Of a stretch of DNA of 64,000 nucleotides, positions 1 to 13,454 are shown piece by piece. The notes beneath the pieces were generated by a model that worked only from the letters and a program-made list of their open reading frames with translations, was not told the origin of the DNA and did not search any database. Origin of the DNA: Blastocystis sp. Blastoise. Its lineage: Eukaryota; Protista; Bigyra: Opalinata. The position numbers were made by a program, and so were the translations under genes. The stretch is from contig JBBPEB010000019.1 in assembly GCA_039096225.1 (NCBI GenBank), positions 62,001 to 126,000 on the forward strand, read 5' to 3'. Positions within the stretch are counted from its first letter, which is position 1. The number at the start of each line of letters is the position of its first letter.

Positions 1-89
1 ATATTTGAAGATGATTCCTTCTTAATTGGTTTCTTTGTTGCTAATTGAGATGCTATTGAAAAGGGATTCTTGGCTGATTTTGACATCAT
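1..89 (-). CDS. 5' end of an unknown gene running off the window
   Basis: ATG at 89 opens MMSKSAKNPFSIASQLATKKPIKKESSSN..., which stays open to the window edge; coding-like composition next to AT-rich upstream DNA. Confidence 0.5.
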   Translation of the reverse strand, partial: MMSKSAKNPFSIASQLATKKPIKKESSSN

Positions 90-1935
90 TCTGATTTATT
101 TTAATATATTGATTTGTACGAATTAGAAACTAATGAAGATAAATGAATAAATAGTATAAAAAACTACTTTGATGTAAACGCGCCAATTTTTTTTTGTTTT
201 GGTGGTATTTCATTTTCCTTTTTTTCTGAATTTCATTAATGCAACAATGAATGTGATTTAATGCAAAGGAAGAGAAAATGATTGCTTAATATAAATATCT
301 GTTTTTTGGTGAATGTCCAAAACCACAATTTGATTATTTATAGTTAATAAGATGTTTTTCTATATTATCTGCATGTGTACACCAAAATAAATTATCTTTA
401 AAGAATTAACGATAAAATATTACGTTTTTAGAATCTGAAATTGATGTCATTTTTGTAATAGAAACAAGAATAATATTTATCATTCATACTACAGACATTT
501 TTATAAAGCAAGTTTTTCAAATTTATATGAGAATGGAAATAATCTCGTAAATATACTAATAACTATTAATATATTTACAGATATTTCACATGCCACCAAA
601 GCATACAATCTTATAAAAACATAAATAACTTTAATTTTGATATACAATGAAAACAAGTAGTGAAATAAATCTAAGATATACTGTAAAAACACAATTTTTG
701 CAATATAGGCATATTTTTATATTATAATAACGATTTATATATCTATTTTATGCATAAAAAAACAAATTAATGAAAATAATTATTTTAAAACTATTGAAAA
801 ATAAAAAAAATATCATATAATGAGCATATCAGTCTTAATTAAATCATCTTTCGCATCTATCTAGGTAATAAGGTCTTTATATTTAAAAAAATACTGTTAA
901 CAAAAACAAAACAAAAATTATTAGCATAATTTCAAAACTAAATTTTTTTTAGAGGATGAATGATAAATTTATAAATAAATCATAGTTGTTGTTCTATTTT
1001 GACATCTCGGCATTATATATAATTATTGGTTTAAAATAAATGAGAAGAATGATAATTTGATTATTTTTTTTTGTTTTTATCAGTTCTTTATTATTACAAC
1101 ATAACTCAAAAAACAATCAAGACTAAGTTACTTGTTCCGTTAGAATACCATGAAGAATCTGTTTCATCATTTAGAATGTGTCCCTCTTTGTTATATTAAA
1201 ATCAAATTGAAAATGATCATGTTCAATTCACTTTCTCTCTTATTTTTTTCATTTATGCACCAATACCAAATATTCAGAAAAACAACAGAATCACTCTATC
1301 ACTATTTCATCTCTCTTAATAAATTCATTGGTCTATCCCTATTTTATCTATAAATACTTTTTATAAAGTAATAATATAAATTATTCTAGTGTTTGTTCTA
1401 AAATATAGGGTTGAAATCTGATTTCTTTTAAATAACAGAATTACTCTATTCTTTAAGAATTGCACCATGATGACTAGTCTTCATATGTAGATATTAATGA
1501 TCAATTAGAATTCTCCTGATTGATCTTATGGAATCTTTGAAGTCAAAAGAAAAGAATCATAATTTTGAGACACAGTATTCAAATTCTCCATAAAAATTCT
1601 CTTGGGTATAAAGTAACCTGTCTAGTAGTCATTAATACCGACTAAAGACGAAACGTAAAAGTCTTCTAGGGAAGGCTGGTTATCCAGAGAAGCGATTGGC
1701 AGATCCTGCTCTGAAGTCAAAAGAAAATAATCATAATTGTTATAAAACAACTGCCTCCAGATGACTTTCATTCCCACAAAAATTATTGTTTTTTTAAGGG
1801 AGAAATTTCATCTGACTTTTTCAATCAGTTTATTGGCTATAAAAAACGAATGATGCATTCACATAGTTCTCTCCAAAGAAACTCCTTCTAAAGAAAATCA
1901 AAAATCTTTTTTTCATTAAAAATATATAAATTTCT

Positions 1936-2919
1936 ATGTTAGCTGCTACTACAAAGTTAACTTTAAAGTCTGCTGTTGCTTTAAAATCTTTTGCTACTTG
2001 TACAATGTCTGTTCAATCTGGTATTCTTCCTGAAGGTGATTCTAGTGCTTATTTTGGTACTTATAAAGTCAATTATGAATATCTCTCTACTCCTAAGGGT
2101 AAGAAGACTTTCATAGATGCTGTTAAGGGATTCAACAATACCTTAGCTGCTGTTGGTAAAGAACATGATGCTTCCGTTACTGGTACTGTTTCCTTTGGTA
2201 ATAAATTATGGAAAACTCTTATAGCTGATAATGAAGCTCTTAAGAATACTGCATCTGAACTTATTGATTTCCCTGGATATGGTAAGGCTCCTTCTACTCA
2301 AGATGATTTCTATATTCATATTCACAGTAAGAAACAAGATGCTACTTTAGATGCTTCTTTACATGCTGTTGATCTTTTCGGACCTCAAAATAGTCTTATC
2401 TCTGTTACTGATGAAAAGAATGGTTTCCTTTATAAAGATGCTCGTGATTTAACTGGTTTCATTGATGGTAGTGCTAATCCTCATGGTCCTGAAAAACGTA
2501 CTGCTGCTGCTTTTGGTGAAGATAAGTCTTCTTATGTTCTTGTTCAAAGATATATTCATAATCTTGCTAAATGGGCTACTGTTGATGAGAAGGAACAACA
2601 AAATGTTATTGGTAGAACTAAACCTGATAGTGTTGAATTAAAACCTATGCCTCATTTATCTCATGTTGAAAGAACAGACTTAAAAGAAAATGGAAAAGGA
2701 TTAAAGATTGTCAGACATTCTTTACCTTATCTTGAAGCTGGTGGTAATCGTGGTTTATGGTTTACTGCTTATTGTGGTACTATGTATAATCTTGAAACTA
2801 TTCTTAAATCTATGAATGGTAAGAGAGATGGATTTATGGATCGTCTTTTAGAATATATTACTCCTGTTACTGGTGGATATTACTTTGTACCTACTTTAGA
2901 TCAAATTGAGAAATTATAA
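1936..2919 (+). CDS. yfeX: Dye-decolorizing heme peroxidase (DyP, YfeX-like) with a 23-aa N-terminal presequence; intronless
   Basis: DLTGFIDGSANP (GxxDG motif), IGRTK, SHVERTDLKENGKGLKIVRHSLPY (proximal His, distal Arg) and C-terminal PVTGGYYFVPT. The internal MSVQSGILPE resembles the N-terminus of enterobacterial YfeX. Confidence 0.93.
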   Translation: MLAATTKLTLKSAVALKSFATCTMSVQSGILPEGDSSAYFGTYKVNYEYLSTPKGKKTFIDAVKGFNNTLAAVGKEHDASVTGTVSFGNKLWKTLIADNEALKNTASELIDFPGYGKAPSTQDDFYIHIHSKKQDATLDASLHAVDLFGPQNSLISVTDEKNGFLYKDARDLTGFIDGSANPHGPEKRTAAAFGEDKSSYVLVQRYIHNLAKWATVDEKEQQNVIGRTKPDSVELKPMPHLSHVERTDLKENGKGLKIVRHSLPYLEAGGNRGLWFTAYCGTMYNLETILKSMNGKRDGFMDRLLEYITPVTGGYYFVPTLDQIEKL

Positions 2920-3350
2920 ATAATACTATTTATTTATTAAATATTAAAAATTAGGATTATTTGTAATTTTATTTTTATAATAAAAGTATTTCTGTTATTC
3001 AATATATTCATAATGTTTAATATTGAATGTTTTTTTCCATCTTTTTTATAATATATTTAATATTTTATATATTTTAAAAATGTTTGTTGCTTTCCTTATA
3101 AATTATAATCAGCTATTTATTTAGTGTTTCGTTTCAGATATATATATTTTTATTCTTATATAATAAGTAGCACTGTAGGTGTTTATACGTATAAAAATAG
3201 TATAATATATGTATTCTATTAGATCTTAAAAACAAAACAATAAAAAAAATGACAAAAAAACTCAACAAATAATTTAAATTAGAAAAAAAAACAAATTCAA
3301 ATAGAAACAAGAAAAGAAGGTAAAAAGAGTAAACAAATAGGTTTAAAGAG

Positions 3351-4801
3351 TTATGCAATCCCATGAATATTAAGTATATATTGAGCTGTAGAGGCGACAA
3401 GAATAGAAGAAGGAGATGAAGAGTCGACAAAAGCACAACAATTGGGTTTATTTCGAAGTTTCACATGAAGTTGTTGGTCATATTTCGTATTTCCAGTATT
3501 TGACGATACAGAGATCTTCATATCATCTCCTGCTCCTATTAATAAATGTGTACCTTCACTATTATATGCAGAAAGAACTTGAGTACAAGCTGCATAATGA
3601 GGTCTAGTTGAGGTATTTACTTCTTGCAAATATTCATTATTATTAAATAATAACTGACGCAATGACCCATCACCACAGGAACAAAAAATATTATTACCTA
3701 TATATAATATTATTATTATATTATTATTTTATTATTGAATACTATAATATAATATTATTGAATACTATACTATATATAATAATAAATAATATATATCATA
3801 ATATACTTCTGTAATCTTTACAGAGACTAGTAACAAAGGGAGGGTTTATATAGGAAGTACCCGGGTCCTGAGAGGGATTGATCGACCATTCATGCAACAC
3901 ATCACCCTCTAAATTCCTATATAAAGATAATATATATCATTATTATTATAAATATAATAAATATAATAAATATAATAAACATAAAAAGTAATAAAAAGTA
4001 ATAAAAATAATAAAAATAATAAAAATAATAAAAATATAAATATATTAAATATAATAAAACAATAAATAAAATAAATATAATAAAAATAATAAAAATAATA
4101 AAATAATAAAACAATAAATAAAAAAAAAAAAATAATAAATATAATAAATTATACCAATTATAAACTTTAAAGTCCATTCCACCACTAATGACACTTACAC
4201 TATATAAACAAATATATATTATTAGTATTCATAAAAATATATTACTTTCTGCCTTCTCTATAAAACATGACACTAGAACATATGTTACTATGCATATCTG
4301 TAACAGTAATCTCATTTTGCTCGGTCCATAAATTATATATGGAAACTGATCCAGAATCATCAGCAGAAGCTAAGTAATGACCATCATCATCAATAACTAT
4401 TTGACTAATATCATCATCATTCTCACTAAAACAATTGGAATATTCCTTTAAACAAACATCATAATTTCTTAAATCGAATTCATAGATGGTTTTTCCTGCA
4501 GCAGCAAATACTTGATGAGATTTAGTAGGATTCGACACAACAGACATTACAGCATCATTAAAAACACCCACAATACAATTTACTGTAGTCTCTGTCTTTA
4601 GATCCCATACACGAATTGTTTTATCTTCACTACCACTTATTGCTCTATCTCCATCACATATAACACATGTAACAGAATCTTGGTGACCTTTCCAATTAGT
4701 AAAATGCATTGTATAGATTGTTCTATTAATAGAATATGTTATATTCTGAAAACAAATACGAAATAATTCTGTTTATTGCCTTTAATTTACGATTTTTCCA
4801 T
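3351..4801 (-). CDS. WD40-repeat protein, WDR53-like, ~5 exons
   Basis: GHQDSVTCV...ISGSEDKTIRVWD and LASADDSGSVSIYNL. Spliced exons give VISGGMDFKVYNW, INPPFVTSL and FCSCGDGSL. A likely short first exon (ATG 4801) splices in frame to the 4709 ORF. Confidence 0.8.
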
Positions 4802-5762
4802 GTTTTTTTAGAAATTCTCTTTTTTAAGAATTTTAATACTGTGAATAACAACTCTTAATAAATATAATTTTAATTAACTCATGGCAGTAAAAATATGAAG
4901 CTAGTCCAAACCAAATTAAAATATAATAAAACAATTATAAAAAATAATTCTTTAATTTGATTTTGTAATAAAAAGCTATTGATAATAATGCAACAAAAAA
5001 ATGATAACAGGGAGAACAAACAACAATGAAAACTGAAAACAAAGTTTAGATAGAAATCACTAAAAAATGTTTAAATAAATAGAGAATTACATCACATTGT
5101 TCTTTTCTTAATAAGCAAATATATACATATATATATTTATAATAATAATAACAATGAGAATGATTAATCTATGCATAAAAACAAAAAACAAATTTCAAAG
5201 AAAAACAAAAACAAATGATAAATTATATTCGTATTGAATTGACTGAAAATAGTAGTAAAAAAAAGTAAAAATGTACATAAATATATAAAAATAAAATAAA
5301 TTAAAATAATTGAATACATATACATAATTACAAGCATATAAAGAAAACATGTAAGAATTTTGAAACATATTTAAAAAACAACTATATATGAATATGCGTT
5401 AGAATATATATATAGATTTTATTTCCAATAAAAACAGAATAATAAACAAATAAAAGAAAACGATAGAGAAAGACTCGAATAAAAGCTAACTATATATATA
5501 AAGATATATATGAATTTGAGTAACTATATAATGAAAAACAAATATATATATAAACAGAAAATGTAATGAATATATATATGAATGAATAATTCATATATAT
5601 ATTAATCCTAATAAAAAATATTTATAAAATAAATGAAAAATGAAATTCACAAAAAAAGAGAGTATCTACCAAGATAATAATAAGATTATATAAATAAATA
5701 TATATTATACAATATTAGTAATATATATATATAAATAATGCATTAGAGACGATTCATGTTAA

Positions 5763-8178
5763 TTAAGCAACTGTCTTGTTAACTGTATTATTAGTATTCT
5801 TATTAGTATTATTAGCATTAGTATTCTTATTAGTATTATTCTTCGTAGTTTTCGGTGCTTCATCTTCACTCTCCATTGAGTCTTCACTATCATAGTCATA
5901 ATCATATTCATATTCATCTTCATCATCTTCTTCTTCTGTTGCCGCCTTTCCATTGGCGCCTTTATTATGTGTAGCTTTATGAGCAGTATGTACCATCTTT
6001 AAGGAAGATTGTAAAGGAGTAATAGCAGAGGGTCTATTCATTATTGGAATGATTTCCTCTTCAAACCCACTAGTATTAGTATTACTATTAGTAGTAGTAC
6101 TATTAGCATTATTAGTAGTATTGCTAGTCGTTGAAGGACCTAAAGTGACATTTGTAGCTCCTTTAGGAGACATATTCCCATTAGTATTAGTAGATGTACC
6201 TTTATATTTACCTAATTCAAACTTCAATTGACGAATTTGTTCACATAATACATTGATTTCAATCTTTAATTTATTTATAGTACCATTTAACATAGTAGTA
6301 TTCTCTATATAACGAGCTTCATTTGTTTTATATGTAGCTACTTCAGCTGTTAATTTATTTAAAGATTTATCTAATTCATCCGCATGTTTCTTCAAATTAT
6401 CATAACTCTCTTGTATATGCTCTTTTTCTTCTTGAAGAGCTTTCATCTCTTCATTATCTTTACTATTCCATTTCGTACTCTTTAATTGACGGATTTCTTC
6501 TTCTAAACTTTCAACTTTCTTTCTTTCTTCATCTAATTGAGATTTCTTTACATTTGCATCTTCTTTACCTTTCTTACCATCTTTACTATTCGTTAATTTA
6601 CTTAATTCACCAGAAATACGAATATTATCACCTTCTAATTGATGAATATATTGTTCATAATTCTCTATACGATTATATAAAGCTACTAATTCATCTTCTC
6701 TTTCTTTTATAGCTATATTCAATTGACTTATCTCATCATTACGATCACGTATATCAGTAGTAATATTATTGATTTCTAACATAACTTGAGATAACTTAGA
6801 TTTCAAATCTTGTTCAGCATTCTCACTAGCAGATAATTTAGTTTGTAATACTTGTATATCATCTAAATAATGAGTTTTCTCTTGAATCATATCTTCACTT
6901 ACAGAACGAACATTAATTAATTCTTTATCCACTGTATCTTTCTCTCTTAATAATTCATCATAAGCTTGTTTTACTTTATATAATTCTTCAACCATAGCCT
7001 TTAAATCTTTCTTTGATTTATTAATTTCTTTCTTATCTTCATCCTTCTGCTTTGTATAACGTGTTAAATCATCACGTAAATTCTTGATTTCATTTGATAA
7101 GGATTTCACAGTACTATTTTCACTTAAATGAATACGAGCTTGAACATCTAATTTATTATCATAAGCTTCTTTTAATTCTTTAGCACGAGCGTTCTCATCA
7201 ACTAAACTAGAATTAATAGCTTTCAAAGTCTTAATTTCTTCTTCTTGTATTAATAATTGTTGACGCATCTTTCGAGTCTCACTCTTCTTTACATTAAATT
7301 CCTTACTACTCATACCCTCATATTCTATTAATAATTGTTTCTGATCATTACGTTCTTGTATAATCTTATTCATCTCTTCTTCTAAATGATTTATTTGACT
7401 TAATAAACTTATACGTACCGTTAATTCCATATCTAACTTTGGTAACCAACTTTGATGCTCTTCATTTAAACGTGCATATTTATCATTTAATTCTTCTAAT
7501 TGTTTACGTAATTGAGTATTCATCTCATTCAATTCAGTATTATCATCTTTCATCTCTACATTAGCTTGTAGAATCTCTACATTTCGTTCATTTAAATCTT
7601 GCATTCCTTTATCTACTTCTTTCATCTTACTCTTATATTCTGCATTCTCTTTCTCTAATTCTTCAACATGCTTCTTTACAGTGGTCAATTCTGTAGCTAA
7701 TACTTGACTATTATAAGGTAATTTCTCAATTAACGTCTTCATTTCTTCTTCTACTTTCGTATCATAACTACTCTCGACATTCTTCTTCTCTTTCTCTTTT
7801 AATAATTCTTCATAATTCTCTTGTAATTCACTTCGTTCCTTATCTTTTATCAATAAATTCATATTCGCCTGATTTAAGGATAATTTCACTTGTTGAAGTT
7901 CTTTTCGAATCATTTTCACTTGTTCTTGAGTTAAAATCTCATCAGTTCCTTCACTATTCTCTATTGATTGCTTCATATTCTCTTGTTCTATACGTTGTTT
8001 CTCTTCAATCTCTTTCTTATATTGATTATATTCTAATCGTAAGGAAGCAATAGAAGTAATTAACTTGGTATTCGACACACGATAATTATCATTCTCATTC
8101 TTCAATTTATTATATCGATCTTCTAATTGTTTATACATACCTTTTAACTCTTCATCTTGACTATGAATATTCTGTAAA

Positions 8179-8217
<39 letters not shown>

Positions 8218-8336
8218 TTATTATATTAAATATATATATATATACTTGTAAAGTTAATAAGTGATGTTTTCTTATTAAGTTGACTAATCAGAACACTTAC
8301 AGGGAGATTATTACTCTCTTTAGCTAGAGACAAATG

Positions 8337-8406
<70 letters not shown>

Positions 8407-8507
8407 ATATACTTAATTTAATATCTAGGGAGATCTTATTACTATATGTATTGATATAGGGTAATATATATTTCATACCATCTTCTCCTATTACAGGGAC
8501 TATATAG

Positions 8508-8591
<84 letters not shown>

Positions 8592-9242
8592 TATATATAT
8601 ACAGGGTATGCACATAGATACAATATTAGAAGGAGCGAACATATCGGCTTCAGGGTTGAATTCGAAGAGAATCTTATCAATATCATCTATATATATTGTT
8701 AATAATAATAAACATAATAATAATAATAATATATACCAGCAATATAGATTGTTTCAAGTGATAAGAATTGGTTATTAAGTATACATTCACATATATAGGG
8801 ATAAATAACATCATTACTGAGTACTAAAATAGAGTATAATAATAATAATAACAATAATATATAATAATATACAAGTTAAAATATAGACTTCTTTTTCTTC
8901 TTTAGGTCTATTATCAATATCAGCTTCAGTCAGCGTGGCCTGACTTTCGATGAAATCATTTGTTTGAGAGAGAGACATATCTATAGAATGACTATTATAT
9001 ATAAATATATATATAATATACTTTTAATATAAATTGTTTCTACATTAAGTGAAGAAGAGAAATTCGAAGAAATCTAAATAAATATATAAATAAATATAAT
9101 ATATATATATAATATATATATACCATAAAGAATGCAATATATTCGTCTTCTAATATATTGAGATCATGAAGAGGTGTTTCGTAGGGAATAAATGAATTCT
9201 GTTTATAGAATAATATCTGATATAAATCAGATCGTTGAAGGG

Positions 9243-9318
<76 letters not shown>

Positions 9319-9448
9319 TTGAATGCTTTGTTCTACATCAAGTAGATTCAGCGTATTTGTATAGGGGTAATCGAAATGGATATGAAGAAGAGGATGATAA
9401 AAGTGAATCACACCTACTGCCTAGAAGTATAATAATAATAATAATTTG

Positions 9449-9491
<43 letters not shown>

Positions 9492-10442
9492 TAAAATAAA
9501 ATAAAATAAAATAAAATAATATAAAATAATATAAAATAAACAAAATAAATAAAATAAAATAAAATAGAATAAAATAAAATAAAATAAAATAAAATAAAAT
9601 AGAATAAAATAAAATAAAATAAAAACCATATAAATATAAACACTCTATATACTTCATCAGGTTGTGTATTCATAGTAAGAAGATTATTAATTTGATCATC
9701 ATTACCATTAACAGGAGATACAGGAGTGGTTGCGTCATCAGGAACACCATTCATTTGATTGGTAGTTACATCAAGAGATTCCGGTGCATTCATACCCTTG
9801 GCTATATTATTATTCGCAGAATTCGTATTAGGAATTGAATTATTAGCGTTCGAAGGAATATTCTGTGAAGAATTATCTGCTACTTGATTGGCTAGTTGAA
9901 GAGAAAACTCAAATTGTGTTTCATTCACATAATAATCTAAACATTCATCACCGACACATAAAGTATTGTGATAAAAAACACACAAATCATTTTCAGATAC
10001 TTGAATACCACGAGCATTAATCAACTATATATTTAGGGAATAAAGAAAAATGTAAATAAATATATAATAATATCGTATAATAACTATGATTTTTATAAAA
10101 GTCAAAATATACTTGAACAACTTTCTTTAATGTAGAAACTAATCTATCTGTAGATTGAGCTTTAATGCTATATGAATCATTTTGAAAAGTACAACTAATC
10201 ACTAATTCTTGAATAGATCGTTCAAGAACAATAAATGATAACCCTGTCAACAACTGTTCAGGAAGTGAATCTTCTAAAGGAAGTGGTTCTTCATCAACAG
10301 TAATTTTCTGGAAAAAAGGTTGAATACCAAATTTGTCAAATATATGTTTTCTGAATTCAGGAATCGTATCTTTTGGATTCACAGGAACAGATTCCAAAGA
10401 TCCATTAAATTGAACCTTTGCATAAATCACAGAGGAAGTCAT
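5763..10442 (-). CDS. Multi-exon protein with N-terminal ubiquitin-like domain(s), long coiled coil and acidic/low-complexity tail
   Basis: Exon 1 (VPVNPKDTIPEFRKHIFDKFGIQPFFQKI) has a ubiquitin-like pattern. GT-AG-bounded exons link it to the 791-aa heptad-rich terminal ORF at 5763-8138. Confidence 0.7.
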
Positions 10443-11282
10443 AAATTCTTAAAATGAATAAGAAACTGATCTGTAAAAAGTTATTTAAAAAACAACTCGA
10501 ATTATTTTTCTATTTTGATAATCAGATAATTCCTTTGAGAAAAACTAAATCAATAGCTGAAATACAAAAATAACCAAGAATCATGGATAATTGAGCCTTT
10601 TAGTATTTTTTCTTTAAACACTTAGTTTTTCATCAGGAAACTCTTGTATAGTATTTTTCTTTTTTTAATTCCAAATAGTAAACAAACAATGCTTATTTTA
10701 TAGTTCTTTATTTTGCCATATTCATATAAAAAATGAATTCAATGGAGATGTACTTCTCGTTGTTGATGCTGTTTCAAAGATTTAAGGCTAACGCTATATA
10801 TTAATTATATTCTGCTATTGTAGACAATAAGAAAATATATAACTTAAATAGAATCTGCTTATTTTTATAGTTTTTCCTAAATAATTAGACATAGAAGTCA
10901 AATAAAAACTTATCTGTGACATATTCTATTGAATACTTCTATATTTATCTAATTTCTTTTAAAAAACAACAAAACGCACTTGTAAAATACGAATAACCCT
11001 TTCTTCATTTAATATCACCAATCAACTAATTAAAAACTTTATCTATAATCTAATAAAATACATAATCAATCACTATTACTATATACACAGCTATTCAAAC
11101 ACAACCCATTTCTTGTTTCTTTGACAAGCTGGAAGATCAAAATTCTTCACTCATTTACCATAAAAAACCATGGTTTTTTCTTTTTCTTTTTTCATGACAT
11201 TCTTTTTTTCTGCAAAGTTCATTATTTTAACTTCGTCGTTGAAGTACATATATTTTTTTGTTATTAAGTGAATATTTATAAA

Positions 11283-13421
11283 ATGCAAGGTATGAACCAC
11301 TATATTATCACTATATACTCTAGGTTATGGTACTGTAAAGTCCGTCATTTCTGGTGATACTATTGTTCTTATGGCTAATGTCAAAGTATGATATAAACAT
11401 TACTTAGCAAAGATATCTAAATACATTACTATTGTTTTTTTCACTTTAAATAGAAAGGTATTGCTCCTGAAATGCAATTAAATCTTGCTTATTGTATGGC
11501 TCCTCGTGTTGCTCGTGGTCCTGAAGGTATGGAAGAACCCTTTGGTTGGGAATCTCGTGAATATTTAAGAAAACATGCTATTGGACAAGTTGTTAAGTTC
11601 CAAGTTTTATATAAAGTATTTATAAACATTTATTTTAAAACATATTTATTTTCTTTTGAATAATTATTTTAAATCATAAGAAAAATAAGATTTAAAAAAA
11701 AAAAAAAAATTATTTATTGAAAAGTGATATTGATTTCATTCTATATATATAAATATATATATAGGTAGATGCTATTGGTAGAACATTTGCTAATATTTGG
11801 TTAGGAGAAAAGAGTCTTTGTGAAGATATGGTCAGTAGTGGTTGGTGTCGTGTAAAAGCAGAAACAAAGGAAGAAGGTGATTCTGAGTTATATGAACAAT
11901 TGATGGCTGCCGAAGGCACAGCCAAGAGTCACTCTCTTGGTGTATGGAATACTACTATTCCTAAGGCTCGTCAAGTCGACTATGAAGTAGCAGATGCTGA
12001 GAAGTTCTTTAAGAATAATAAAGGATTACCTTTCGCTGCTCTTATTGAACAAGTATGTTATTATATGATTATATGATTATATGATTATATGATTATATGA
12101 TTATATGATTATATGATTATATGATTATATATTATATGATTATATATTATATGATTATATGATTATATGATTATAGGATTATATGATTATATTATATAAT
12201 ATATCTATAGGTACGTGATGGTAGTACCTTCAAAGTTCTTCTCTTTGAGTCCAATAAAATGATCACTTTCCATTTAGCTGGTATTCAATGCCCTAAACCT
12301 GCTTTTGTACCTAAAAACTCAAATGGTATACATATTTATATACATATTTATATACATATTTATATACATATTTATATACATATTTATATACATATTACTA
12401 TTCCTTTCTATCTATGTTTCCCCTACCTTTAGAGTCCGCTACTCCTGATGAGCCCCTCTCTAGAGAGGCTAAAGCCTTTACTGAAGCTCGTCTTCTCAAT
12501 AGATCAGTTATCCTCTATATGGATGGACTTGATAAATTCCATACTTTCTTTGGTCATATTGAGCATCCTAAAGGTGATATTACTAAGGAACTTCTTAAGA
12601 ATGGTCTTGCACGTATAGTCGATTGGTCACTCAATTATAGAACAGCTGCTGATGCTATTTCCCTCCGAAATGATGAAATTGCCGCCAAAAGAGCCACTCT
12701 TGGTATCTGGAAAAATTATGTATGATTTTAATTCTATTTTATTCTATATAAACTATATTATATATATTATATATATTATATATATTATATATATTATATA
12801 TAGAAACCTGTTAATTCTGCTGCTGGAACTACAGTTCGTGTTCTTGAAGTTGTCTCTGGAGATTGTCTCTTAGTGACTATGAATCCCCGCGATTATTTAG
12901 CTGAACCTAAACGTGTTTATTTAAGCAGTATTCGTGCTCCTAAGATGGGATCTATTAAGAGAAATGTACCTGATGAACCTTATGCTTATAATGCTAAAGA
13001 AGCCCTTCGTAAGTTAGTTATAGGAAAGGAAGTCACTCTTAAAGTTGATTATACACGTACTATCACAAATACAGAAGGAGATCTCATCGCTACTTATGTC
13101 ACTATTACCGTGGGAAAGAAGGAAATGAATGTTGCTGAAGAACTTGTTAAACGTGGTTTAGCTACTGTTATGCATCATAAAGATGAAGATCCTCGTTCTC
13201 CTATATATGATCAATTATTAATCGCGGAAACTACTGCCAAGGATACGAAGAAAGGTCAATATTCCCGCGGAAGTTCCACTCGTTTGACTCCTGTAGATTT
13301 AAGTGAAAACAGTAATAAAGCCAAGTCTTTCCTTCCTTTCTTAAAGAGAAATAAAACTATGACTGTATGCTTTTTAGAATTATATTTATTATGTTGTTTC
13401 TTCTTCTTCTTCTTCTTCTTC

Positions 13422-13454
<33 letters not shown>

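Noticed and set aside
1467-1520. C/D-box snoRNA (ATGATGA...CTGA)
   Set aside because: Too short (~53 nt), no terminal stem and no recognisable rRNA guide.
3081-3088. TGTTTGTT motif suggesting Blastocystis-style stop codons created by polyadenylation
   Set aside because: Every complete gene here already has a genomic stop codon, and the few motif hits are far from stops.
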